A stretch of DNA of 43,396 nt, taken from IMG/VR virus record IMGVR_UViG_3300019996_000010, positions 1 to 43,396 of that record; one strand, 5' to 3'. Source of the DNA: a virus. Taxonomy: Duplodnaviria; Caudoviricetes. Shown here piece after piece: positions 1 to 8,887 of the stretch (positions are counted from its first letter, which is position 1; each line of letters begins with the position of its first letter). Position numbers and translations under genes: made by a program. A model generated the notes under the pieces. It saw only the letters and a list, made by a program, of their open reading frames with translations. It was not told the origin of the DNA and ran no database searches.

Positions 1-2
1 AA

Positions 3-188
3 GCCAATATTGCCGTTACCGATGCACTTATGGCTAAGCGCGAACTAAAATCAAAACAAACCATTACCTATTATGAAACCCTACAGCATCGTTACGTTAA
101 TGTTACTGTGTCTCATTACGACCGCTTTATTTGGGCAAGATTTCCCGATTCTATATCCACGGTGGCAAAAAGAGGCGATCGTCCATGA
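3..188 (+). CDS. 3' part of a truncated ORF, candidate spanin-like lysis accessory protein
   Basis: Frame is open from base 3 to TGA 186-188 (ANIAVTDALMAKRELKSKQTITYYETLQH...PDSISTVAKRGDRP) and overlaps 73..483 in another frame, as Rz/Rz1-type pairs do. Confidence 0.45.
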   Translation, partial: ANIAVTDALMAKRELKSKQTITYYETLQHRYVNVTVSHYDRFIWARFPDSISTVAKRGDRP

Positions 189-483
189 CCTCATTGCCGG
201 TGATCGCTGTGATTCATTATTCAGTATTCAACAGCAATTAATGGTCAATCTCCAAAACAAGATTGCGGATCAAGCCGGTATAATTGTTCAGCTACGTGAC
301 CAAACCGGAGAATTCCAGAATATCAAAACGCAATGGCTGGGCAAGCAGGTTGACTACCAGGGCGAGATAAAAATACTGGAGAAAAAAGTGAAGCGCCTGA
401 CATTTAACGGGATTTTAAAAGATATTGGCCTGGGGTTAGCCGCTGTTGGGATTATTGCCGTTGTGGCTAAGCATGGAATATGA
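73..483 (+). CDS. Exported coiled-coil protein with C-terminal TM helix, spanin-like candidate
   Basis: Signal peptide ending LFG|Q, Q/K/L-rich coiled coil, C-terminal IGLGLAAVGIIAVVA. Confidence 0.5.
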   Translation: MKPYSIVTLMLLCLITTALFGQDFPILYPRWQKEAIVHDLIAGDRCDSLFSIQQQLMVNLQNKIADQAGIIVQLRDQTGEFQNIKTQWLGKQVDYQGEIKILEKKVKRLTFNGILKDIGLGLAAVGIIAVVAKHGI

Positions 484-719
484 TAGTAATAGAAGAAAAC
501 GATAGCGCGAAAATCATCCAACTCAAAAGTGGAGAGTATGAAATATGGATGAAATTATTTTATACAACCGGATCAAAGAAGGGGCAACTGATAGACCCTA
601 CAGATGAATCTTTTGGCGTCTCTTGCTGGACTTGCTATACATCAGCAAAGGCAAATCGAATTTTTGAAGAAATAACGACCGGAAAGCGAGGGATAATACC
701 AATGCTAGAAAGTTTTTGA
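480..719 (+). CDS. Hypothetical protein (79 aa)
   Basis: ATGA overlap with the previous gene; last plus-strand gene before the convergence point. Confidence 0.6.
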   Translation: MIVIEENDSAKIIQLKSGEYEIWMKLFYTTGSKKGQLIDPTDESFGVSCWTCYTSAKANRIFEEITTGKRGIIPMLESF

Positions 720-792
720 TGGCTCAAAACAAGCTAATTTGGCACTTTTTTCACGCAACTTTTAATTATAATGATGCTGGCATACTATTCCG

Positions 793-1344
793 TCAATCAT
801 ACTCATATATTAAAATCATCATTTCATGGGGAGCTACACCATTCCCTCCAAAGTAAGGGAATAATCTTTCCCGCACACCATGAACGCATCGCTTACTCCG
901 ATAGCTTCTTATTTCTTTTGTATTGAATCGAAAATAATATTCATCTTGCTTGGCCCAAATCTCATAGTCATCAGAAGTAAATAGTTTAGTATTTCCAATG
1001 TACCTGTAATTCAAATTCGAATCCAAATACCAATAAGCAAACAAGTCAATAGTACTATCAGAGCGAACACGCCAACCAAAACGAACAGAGTTTTCGTGTA
1101 CTGTGCTGTTGCAGTCTGTGAACCCATAAAGTTTATTAATTGACGAATCAGACGGAACATAGATACAGGATTTAGTAAACTGTGCACTGAAATGCAAATG
1201 CCGCCCATCAAATAGATTTACTATTCTCGGTCCCATACCCGACCTATGACTGTAATGAGCGCCCTGTGGAATTATATACCCATCCCAAGCATTTAAGAAA
1301 TCAGTGCAACCAAAGAATAGAAAAATAAGCCATAAATATTTCAC
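793..1344 (-). CDS. Lipoprotein, beta-rich (lectin/ConA-like fold suspected)
   Basis: Lipobox-like LFFG-C at residues 9-13; motifs INKLYGF, RFGWR, PYFGG. Confidence 0.6.
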   Translation of the reverse strand: MKYLWLIFLFFGCTDFLNAWDGYIIPQGAHYSHRSGMGPRIVNLFDGRHLHFSAQFTKSCIYVPSDSSINKLYGFTDCNSTVHENSVRFGWRVRSDSTIDLFAYWYLDSNLNYRYIGNTKLFTSDDYEIWAKQDEYYFRFNTKEIRSYRSKRCVHGVRERLFPYFGGNGVAPHEMMILIYEYD

Positions 1345-1799
1345 GCCAAATAAGTTAACGGCTTTAAAAAAGACTCAACGAAAGCCATATTTCTTTGCCG
1401 TTTCATCACAGCCCCACCATTTGAGTTATTGGAAACTGAAGTATTTCCTTCAATAGTTTCAAAAGTACCGGCGGTTTTATCAAGCCATTCCACAAACAAT
1501 CCAACATGGTCGGGAGATTTATCTCGATTCCAATCGAATATTACAAGATCCCCAGCTTTTGGTTCTGTAATTTTTTGCCATTTCTCTAATGCCATCGGGA
1601 CACTAGCAAAACCCCTTGAAAATCCGAGGGCTTCCATAGGATGGCCCGCTTGATCATATACCCAAGAACAGAATATGGCACACCAAGGCTGAGCATCTAG
1701 CCCGAACCATTTTCCATATTTAGTTAGATTGGAATTAGCCGGCAATTCAGTAATTCCTATTTCTTGAGTAGCTATTTGAATAATTCTTTCTCTGCTCAT
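1341..1799 (-). CDS. CHAP-domain endolysin
   Basis: PWCAIF catalytic Cys, GDLVIFDW, DHVGL catalytic His, TIEGNT. Confidence 0.92.
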   Translation of the reverse strand: MSRERIIQIATQEIGITELPANSNLTKYGKWFGLDAQPWCAIFCSWVYDQAGHPMEALGFSRGFASVPMALEKWQKITEPKAGDLVIFDWNRDKSPDHVGLFVEWLDKTAGTFETIEGNTSVSNNSNGGAVMKRQRNMAFVESFLKPLTYLA

Positions 1800-1832
1800 A
1801 AGCTGTTGAATTTATTTAATGATCATGTAATT

Positions 1833-2195
1833 TTATATCCTAATTCTAAGATTCCCCGAGATAATATTTTGTATCATTTCCTGCAATCCTGTCAAGGTTG
1901 CCCGTAGGGCCGATAATGTTTGACTATTTTCGTTCATGCTTTCGTTTAGTTTTTCTAATGAATCTTCTAAATGAGAATGATCGCGAGTAATAGAGTTAAT
2001 TCTTTCTGAATGATTTTCTAACTGTTTTTCCACATCTTGAATTTTTAGTAACGTTTCTTTGATTATATCATCTATCGTTACTAATCTGTTATCAAAATTT
2101 TTTACATGACGCGCTGCTATAGACTGGAAAATTTTGAGAATAAAAATAAAAAGACCTCCTGCCATTCCGATAAAAGCACCAATAAGCTCCCACAT
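1833..2195 (-). CDS. Holin-like protein (N-terminal TM plus coiled coil)
   Basis: One N-terminal hydrophobic helix, long heptad region, directly upstream of the endolysin. Confidence 0.5.
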   Translation of the reverse strand: MWELIGAFIGMAGGLFIFILKIFQSIAARHVKNFDNRLVTIDDIIKETLLKIQDVEKQLENHSERINSITRDHSHLEDSLEKLNESMNENSQTLSALRATLTGLQEMIQNIISGNLRIRI

Positions 2196-2432
2196 TTAGG
2201 GTGCAGGCGGAGTAGTTTTATCTCCAATTTTGGATTTGATAAAATCAATTATCAAATCTGCCAATTTTTCCCTGATAAAAAGTAACGCAAAACCAATGCC
2301 GCCAAATACCATAGCCTGATTATCGGAAATAAACCAATCACCCCAAATCCAACCATAAACAGCTAGACCCATGATTACAAGTCCCAGGACAGATGTTACA
2401 ATTCCTTTTAATATTCCGTCAAATACATTCAT
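2196..2432 (-). CDS. Putative holin (2 TM)
   Basis: 78 aa, two hydrophobic helices, charged C-terminus, in the lysis cassette. Confidence 0.6.
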   Translation of the reverse strand: MNVFDGILKGIVTSVLGLVIMGLAVYGWIWGDWFISDNQAMVFGGIGFALLFIREKLADLIIDFIKSKIGDKTTPPAP

Positions 2433-2448
2433 GATTTAATTGTTTAGA

Positions 2449-2757
2449 TTATTTACAAGCAATTTCTTTCAACTGATCAAAGGTCAAATGTACTTTTACT
2501 TTTCCTGGGTATACAATCGTAACCTCATTCCACTCTCTTGCCTTGGATTTAAGTTCGCTGTGCCTTTTTTTTAATGCGTTCCAATCAAGTTTCGCAAAGT
2601 CTTCACACTTTGGGAACGGGTGGTCTTTATCCACTATAATATACATACCCGCAAACGGGATACGCTCAGTGGATTGCTGTACTATGGAAGCAGGTCGTAC
2701 AACCTGCCCCATAGACCCAAAAGAAACCAACGCCAACAAGAATATTAATGTTTTCAT
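2449..2757 (-). CDS. Secreted hypothetical protein (102 aa)
   Basis: Start moved to ATG 2757, which gives an ATGA overlap with the upstream gene; signal peptide MKTLIFLLALVSFGSMG|Q. Confidence 0.65.
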   Translation of the reverse strand: MKTLIFLLALVSFGSMGQVVRPASIVQQSTERIPFAGMYIIVDKDHPFPKCEDFAKLDWNALKKRHSELKSKAREWNEVTIVYPGKVKVHLTFDQLKEIACK

Positions 2758-3233
2758 AGGCTTAAAGTTATCAATTGAAACACACCCATCACAATAAATG
2801 TAAAATCTGCAATCTCTACCCACCATGTGGAGTTTTCTACTTTAAACCGGTCCAACAATATGGAGCCAACCAGGCAGCAAATAGTAGGAAAATAAATTCC
2901 GTGTGTAAGTAACGCGTAACACGCAAACGCAATCCCGCCTATTGTTCCCGCGGAATGAAGTATGCCCACTATTTTCTTATCGCTCCGGAAGGCCGGTGCA
3001 AAGGTAACAATAAGCAACGATCCGCCAGAAGCGAGGAACCAGAGGCTTTTTGAAAATAAGAGCATTGTTGGAATGCTAATTGAAATGATAAATGCGATGA
3101 ACATAAATTTTTTCTTTGTTAGCCCTTCACTATACCACGACTCGCTGATTGACGGCAAGATGCCGTACAAAGAAACCACAATCCATAGATAGGTAAGGAA
3201 ACAAATGGCTTGAATGATTGGTAGCGTTATCAT
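2754..3233 (-). CDS. Polytopic membrane protein (about 5-6 TM)
   Basis: Very hydrophobic; GILPSISESWY and conserved-looking H in ILHSAG. Confidence 0.7.
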   Translation of the reverse strand: MITLPIIQAICFLTYLWIVVSLYGILPSISESWYSEGLTKKKFMFIAFIISISIPTMLLFSKSLWFLASGGSLLIVTFAPAFRSDKKIVGILHSAGTIGGIAFACYALLTHGIYFPTICCLVGSILLDRFKVENSTWWVEIADFTFIVMGVFQLITLSL

Positions 3234-3343
3234 ATTTTATAAGTTACATTTTCAAAATCAACAAGGGCCGCCTTACTTCCCTTGTCGTATTAAGCTCTAA
3301 CCATTCGAAGTTAACTATAAGAACGTCAGGCAATGTTTTCAAA

Positions 3344-3730
3344 TCACTTAATCCGTTCAATTTTTAGCGTCCCCTTACTCAAATCTCCCCCTGAAATCCG
3401 ATATTTCTTTGGATCAATTCCTTGCGCATCCAAAATCAATTCCTGTGCCTGTCTGGATTGATCTTGGATAGCTGCCGATCGTTGCATTAATGTATTGAAA
3501 GTAGCAATTACTTCCTTGTTTTTCTCCACGTCTGACGCAAACGCCTTTTGAACAGAATCCAGTTTAGTCAAGATTTGCTTTTGATAAGTACGTAGTTCAA
3601 TGGTTAGCGTATCCTTGGGCGACGACTTGGCTTGAAGCGTGGGTTTCCCGGCCTTAGCCACGACGCCGGTTTGGGCAAAAGACAAAATGGAGAACAGAAT
3701 AAAAGTGAGTGTTAAGAGTTTAGTTTTCAT
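3344..3730 (-). CDS. Secreted helical protein, possible fibre chaperone
   Basis: Signal peptide MKTKLLTLTFILFSILSFA|Q; coiled-coil centre; lies downstream of the fibre gene. Confidence 0.6.
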   Translation of the reverse strand: MKTKLLTLTFILFSILSFAQTGVVAKAGKPTLQAKSSPKDTLTIELRTYQKQILTKLDSVQKAFASDVEKNKEVIATFNTLMQRSAAIQDQSRQAQELILDAQGIDPKKYRISGGDLSKGTLKIERIK

Positions 3731-3733
3731 GGG

Positions 3734-4258
3734 TTACCAGTTTTTATTTGTGTTAAGTTTATTTATGAGGGCCGCGACAATTAAATATATTTCGTCAAGC
3801 GCACCTTGGGTGGAAAGCGTACCGGTTCCAGCGATTTGGTTCAGCTTAAATTGTTGCCAATAAGCTAACTCAGTGATAGCTCCGGGGGTGCCGCTCGCAA
3901 CTATGTTGCCGTTCACATCTACCCAATGTCCAGCCGTGCCGTAGCGAATATACTTATCGTTATAAGTTTGAAGTAATACATCCTTTTGAGCTTGTGTCAG
4001 CACCCCATCAGCCGCTATTGTTGCTGGGATATAGTTCCCATATGCTCCGGCAACACTTTCATAACTTTGAACCTGTACCTCAAGCTGCCATTCTTTTGTA
4101 TTATAAATAATGAAACTGGTAATTACAGCCTTTTGTTTAACCGGATTATTATTGAACTGCAATCTTAGGTTATCACTAAGATTGACGACGGTCCAGGTAT
4201 TATTTGCCACCTGAGCAGAGGCCCAGAAGCTGATAAGACAGAAAAATAATGTTTTCAT
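3734..4258 (-). CDS. Secreted protein, possible fibre tip or assembly factor
   Basis: Signal peptide MKTLFFCLISFWASA|Q; immediately follows the fibre gene. Confidence 0.6.
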   Translation of the reverse strand: MKTLFFCLISFWASAQVANNTWTVVNLSDNLRLQFNNNPVKQKAVITSFIIYNTKEWQLEVQVQSYESVAGAYGNYIPATIAADGVLTQAQKDVLLQTYNDKYIRYGTAGHWVDVNGNIVASGTPGAITELAYWQQFKLNQIAGTGTLSTQGALDEIYLIVAALINKLNTNKNW

Positions 4259-4267
4259 GATTAATAG

Positions 4268-7200
4268 TTAGTTTATTTGAGCGATACTGCCTTCGACATT
4301 ATAAGTAACGGAGGTAAATGTTCCGGTAGTCCCTATTGTAATAGTTGTTGCTGCCTTACACCGAATATGTAGAGGGATGCCTTCATACGGAACAGTTCCG
4401 GCTGTATTGGCTACCGATGTACCTAATGTTCCCCCCAATTGCGATAAAGTCAATGTTACTGTTCTGGAAGTATTTCCTTCGTCGGTATACGTGCAGGTAA
4501 CGGTGAAGGCATGGGTAGTGGAAGCGGTCACCAAAACATTGGCCGATACCAAAAATGTTCCATCATTGGCGCCTACCGTCCAGGTAGTTACGCTGGCATT
4601 AGCTCCTGTTTGAGCAGTGGACCGTGCAACTTGATATAACGACGCAGTTTTTCTGGTTGTTCCGCTGGGGGTGAAAAATAAATTTACTCCGTTATATTCA
4701 AAAGCTCCGGCCAGTGGAGTTGTTAAATTAGTTCCTGATGTTAAGCCCAATGGGGGCACGGTTGTTGTCCCGCCTGATATACTTAGTAATGCAGTTGGTG
4801 CCGAAGTACCAATTCCTACGCTACCTCCAAGAAATTGAGCAGCATAATTATTAGTAGCGCCAGTAGCTGCATTAATTGTTGCTCCGTATGAATTAATAAC
4901 AACTCCTGTACCCCCAGTTACTAATCGTGATTGAATTAAGATAGCATGATCATTAGTAAATGTAGCATTATTATGAGCCTGCGGGTAACTAATATTTGTT
5001 GCATAAGCATCCGTAATAGTACTGGCACCAACAAATTGCCAGGTTGGTCCCTGCAATGCAACTGAGCCCATACTAGATACATTTCCGGTTACAAATTGCT
5101 GGGTAGCTGTCGTTAAAAATATATCAAATCCACCTGGACTTAATCCTGTTCCAGCACCAGTCGTAAGTTTCAGAAGTGTTGGTGATCCGCCAGTATGAGC
5201 ACTTTGAGTGAAAGAAATAAAAGTATGAGTAGTTGATTGAGCCACTTGACTAAACGTGACCCCAATGCCCCCTAAAAATTGTGCAGAGTAGTTAAGCGTT
5301 CCCCCCGTAGGCGCATTAGATGTCAGGCCAAAAGCTGCTCCTGCACTCGTTACCGCTGCGGCTTGAATAAGTAGCCCATGAGCGTTGGTCTGTGTTGCAT
5401 TGGTTCCAGTCTTAGGCGCACCACTGATGGTGAACGTTGCATTATCGGTTACCACAGAAGCTCCAGTGAATCTAATAGTGGGTGCCTGAACCAAGACGTT
5501 ACGAAGGATGGCTTGGGCTCCGGTAGCGTATTGGACGGTAGCGGAAGAATTGAAGTTAGCAAAAAGTACTTCGGTGGAAGCCGTAAGACTCGTATGGGCA
5601 CCACCATCTACCTGAAAAGCGGGAAGACCGCCAGCAGAAATTAAGGCTGGTTGTAGGACATATAATCTTGCGAGATTATTTCCATTAGCTACCCCAACAT
5701 TAAAATTTTGTAGGGAGGTAAATGAACCAGCAATTGTAGATCCATTAGTCCGCAAGTTTATTCCTCCTGCTGCGAGTGAAGCGTCAATATAAACATCCTG
5801 GCCTGCAACCTGCATACTCATTCCCATCACACCAGAGGATGAGTTTATTGCAATATTCCCAAGTACCTGTAGAAGATTACTTGCTCCTGATGAAGCCCCG
5901 GTGGCAATTAATAATTGCCCCGTAGATGTAAAATTGGCAATTTGTGTATAAGCTGCCCCATTAATACTCGATCTTAATCTCCATAACCCCGTTGGGTTTG
6001 CTGCCCCTTGTACTGGAAGAACATCGGCTATGAACTTAACTGATTGACTAGCCACTGGTGTAGTTGCCCATCCCTGTCCTTCCCATAGTACCCCACCTGA
6101 TATTTGTTGCGCTCCTGCCGCTGCGGCCGTAGCATTTTGAATCCATAATCCCTTTCCGTCAATCGAGGTTACTCCCAATGTTGGAGTAAGAAATTTCAAT
6201 GTATTGGCTCCTGTGGTGGTCTGATCAATTACGACCGCACCGGTAAGCGTGGAGGTTCCGGTAAGTAGCCAACTTAATCCCGCGGTTTGTACCGTAGCGT
6301 CTATGTGTGCCGAAGTAATCTTTCCCCATGAGTTAGCTGTAGTTACTCCGCCTGAGATGAGGGCGTTGCCAGTAGCTACTGAAGCAAGTCGTACCGGTGC
6401 CCCTGCTGTAGTACCCTGAATAAGGTCACCTACTGCGGTCATGGGGTTGGTCATGCCGCCGGAAGCCGATAAATCAATAATAACTCCAGATGGTAGTCGA
6501 ATTGTGGGGTGAGAAGCATTTGCATTATCACTATAAAGTAAAAAGCCACCCGTAGGATTGGTGGATGGATTACTATTCGAATCTCCGATAAATATTACTT
6601 TTGTTCCTCCACCATAAGAAGTTGTTGATTGTGATAAGAGAGAAATATTTCCATTGGTAGATCCGCCTATATTGTAAGTAGAAAACAAGTCGGCTGTTAA
6701 TGCTGCACCGGCGCCTTGAAAGTTAATAATACCTCCTGCACCCAGTGTCATGTTTATTGCAAATGTACCATTAGGGTCCTGGTGATATAGGCCGACCGTG
6801 TTAGTACTACCGGTTATTTTAATATTTCCTGTATAGGCTGTAGAAAATACAGAAGTCGTGACGCTACCAAAATTAATTCCATTGTTTCCCTGTGTGTAAA
6901 CATCAAACTCACTAAGTCTAGCACCTTGCCCCATGATCCAATAATGCGCACCGGGACTTGTGTCGTCAATAAACATGTTACCACCTATTAAGGTAGTAGT
7001 AGAATAGGCTAAAACCGTCCCATTAGTTGGAAGGGTTAAATTTGTGGTCGCTGTGGTGGTTAATGTTGTAGCAAAGGCACCGGATGTTATTAGATTACCC
7101 CCTAGTGTAATAGTCTTAGATGTATTCGCAACGCCGGTACCACCATTCGCACCTGGCAATATTCCGGTTACCCCACCAGTTAACGATACATTGGTGATCG

Positions 7201-8002
7201 TGTTATTTGTCCCGTTGATTGTTTTATTTGTAAGTGTCTGCGTGAACGCCTCTGTTACCATCACGTCATTGCCGGTAAGAAGCGGTAAGGTTAGGTTGCG
7301 ATTAGCAGCAATTGCTGACCCGACAAATGTGTATCCAAAAGTTGCCGCGGGGTTCTTGAGAATTATGCTAGATGATGGAAAGGTCTGAACACCAATGTAG
7401 GTTTTAACCCCAAGAACGTATTCTACATCAGTCAACGAATGCAATTGCGTTACATATCCTGTAGCCGCATATTCCAGGCCTTTCAACGATGCTCTGGTAT
7501 CGGTAAATAATGCAGAAGTTCCGGTCAAGTCTATACTTGTATGTGGTGATCCTCCGCCTATTCCGCCCGTAATATGTACACCGGTAGCATCAAGAAGTAC
7601 CTCTGCTATTACACTGCTAGCCTGTATAAGGGTAAGATCGAGAGAGTTAATATTTAGCAGTGCCTTAGAAAATTGTGTATATCCTGAATTCCCTGCTACA
7701 ACATCGAAGATTCCGAGCGGCACCGTAGTGTCTCCCCAGCGAACATTAAAGGCACCGTCAAAGGTTAGGTTTTGAGTAAGGATGTTGGTGCCTTGATGAA
7801 GATTACCCGCTCCAAGACTATGTTTACCGGCACCATCCCAAACCATAAAAGTTTGATTGGATTCCTCATACCACATTTTGCGGATGCTTGAACTATCGGC
7901 AGTTTTCGAGTTTTTTATTATTAATCCAGTGAATACATTGCTGAATTGCCCGAAGGAAGCCAAGGAAACAAAGACAAAAATAAGCGTTAATAGTTTTTTC
8001 AT
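4268..8002 (-). CDS. Large tail-fibre/adhesin-like protein with Sec signal peptide (1244 aa)
   Basis: G/T/S/A-rich; fibre-type motifs TQTLTNKTING, ITLGGNLITSGAFATTLT, MTNPMTAVGDLI, GSVGIGTSAP; N-terminus MKKLLTLIFVFVSLASFG|Q. Confidence 0.75.
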   Translation of the reverse strand: MKKLLTLIFVFVSLASFGQFSNVFTGLIIKNSKTADSSSIRKMWYEESNQTFMVWDGAGKHSLGAGNLHQGTNILTQNLTFDGAFNVRWGDTTVPLGIFDVVAGNSGYTQFSKALLNINSLDLTLIQASSVIAEVLLDATGVHITGGIGGGSPHTSIDLTGTSALFTDTRASLKGLEYAATGYVTQLHSLTDVEYVLGVKTYIGVQTFPSSSIILKNPAATFGYTFVGSAIAANRNLTLPLLTGNDVMVTEAFTQTLTNKTINGTNNTITNVSLTGGVTGILPGANGGTGVANTSKTITLGGNLITSGAFATTLTTTATTNLTLPTNGTVLAYSTTTLIGGNMFIDDTSPGAHYWIMGQGARLSEFDVYTQGNNGINFGSVTTSVFSTAYTGNIKITGSTNTVGLYHQDPNGTFAINMTLGAGGIINFQGAGAALTADLFSTYNIGGSTNGNISLLSQSTTSYGGGTKVIFIGDSNSNPSTNPTGGFLLYSDNANASHPTIRLPSGVIIDLSASGGMTNPMTAVGDLIQGTTAGAPVRLASVATGNALISGGVTTANSWGKITSAHIDATVQTAGLSWLLTGTSTLTGAVVIDQTTTGANTLKFLTPTLGVTSIDGKGLWIQNATAAAAGAQQISGGVLWEGQGWATTPVASQSVKFIADVLPVQGAANPTGLWRLRSSINGAAYTQIANFTSTGQLLIATGASSGASNLLQVLGNIAINSSSGVMGMSMQVAGQDVYIDASLAAGGINLRTNGSTIAGSFTSLQNFNVGVANGNNLARLYVLQPALISAGGLPAFQVDGGAHTSLTASTEVLFANFNSSATVQYATGAQAILRNVLVQAPTIRFTGASVVTDNATFTISGAPKTGTNATQTNAHGLLIQAAAVTSAGAAFGLTSNAPTGGTLNYSAQFLGGIGVTFSQVAQSTTHTFISFTQSAHTGGSPTLLKLTTGAGTGLSPGGFDIFLTTATQQFVTGNVSSMGSVALQGPTWQFVGASTITDAYATNISYPQAHNNATFTNDHAILIQSRLVTGGTGVVINSYGATINAATGATNNYAAQFLGGSVGIGTSAPTALLSISGGTTTVPPLGLTSGTNLTTPLAGAFEYNGVNLFFTPSGTTRKTASLYQVARSTAQTGANASVTTWTVGANDGTFLVSANVLVTASTTHAFTVTCTYTDEGNTSRTVTLTLSQLGGTLGTSVANTAGTVPYEGIPLHIRCKAATTITIGTTGTFTSVTYNVEGSIAQIN

Positions 8003-8003
8003 A

Positions 8004-8537
8004 TTAGTATGGTCCTTGAATTTTCATGAGCCAATTTGTTCCGTCAAAAGTTGCACTCATTTCATATGTTCCCATCGCAGGAGGACTCCATTTCTTTGTT
8101 GCATCATTCCAATTAGCATCAAAGCTAACCATTTTGAACGTTGACGGAAAAGTCTGATCGTCGGTTGTTGTCATGGTGAATTTTACAGATGGAATAAAAA
8201 TAGATGGCGTATTATTAGATAAAGCCCATGTTTTTATTGCGCCAATATTTGCCGACCCCCTGAACATTCTTTCTGATTGATTATTCATATCAAGAGTAAT
8301 AATCCCGCCGGTAGTTGAGACTATTGCCGAATCAAGCCCGGCGGCCACAATATCCCCAAAATCAAGCCCATCTTCTGTTGCATTAACCTTAACCGCCTTT
8401 CCGGCAAATCCAGCATAAGAGTCCGTCGTATCAGTCAAAGACAAAAAATCAGTTGGTGAACTTGAACATGATCCAGATCCTGTGCCCGTGGAAATACAAC
8501 CCGTATAAGCCCGTAAAGGAACCCTTACTCTTGTCAT
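8004..8537 (-). CDS. Short tail fibre or fibre-proximal subunit
   Basis: Motif FLSLTDTTDSYAGFAGKAVKVNATEDGLDF resembles phage fibre segments; no signal peptide. Confidence 0.6.
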   Translation of the reverse strand: MTRVRVPLRAYTGCISTGTGSGSCSSSPTDFLSLTDTTDSYAGFAGKAVKVNATEDGLDFGDIVAAGLDSAIVSTTGGIITLDMNNQSERMFRGSANIGAIKTWALSNNTPSIFIPSVKFTMTTTDDQTFPSTFKMVSFDANWNDATKKWSPPAMGTYEMSATFDGTNWLMKIQGPY

Positions 8538-8887
8538 GATATTAGTATTATGCCCTGAAAGAGCGTGATTTTTTCCCCATTTTGTACATCATAGGATATA
8601 GCCCAATATTCTTTAGCCCTGAGTGCCCCAATCTTAGCCAGTTGGATTGCATTCAAATATAAAGTATTGGTTGTTGGTGAAGCAAAAGAGAACTCAAGAG
8701 TCATGAGTAATTTACCGTTACGCTTCGCGTAAATTGCGAAAAACGTCCCTTCCGAGTCCGTAAAATCATAGGCCGTACAATCGTTGTTTTGAATCTCAAA
8801 AGGGAATTCTTTAATAGTGAATCCTTTTAAAAATTCAAGATCAAGCGAAGCTCCAAGCGTTACTTTTATGAGCATACCACAGCACAT
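8534..8887 (-). CDS. Small beta-sandwich virion protein (BppU-N-like fibre anchor suspected)
   Basis: Alternating beta pattern, YDFT and YDV...LFQG-I-I ending; upstream of fibre genes; start may be 8875. Confidence 0.45.
   Translation of the reverse strand: MCCGMLIKVTLGASLDLEFLKGFTIKEFPFEIQNNDCTAYDFTDSEGTFFAIYAKRNGKLLMTLEFSFASPTTNTLYLNAIQLAKIGALRAKEYWAISYDVQNGEKITLFQGIILIS

Noticed and set aside
3261-3285. Hairpin ACAAGGG/CCCTTGT between the fibre and lysis blocks
   Set aside because: 11-nt loop and interrupted U tract; too weak to call a terminator
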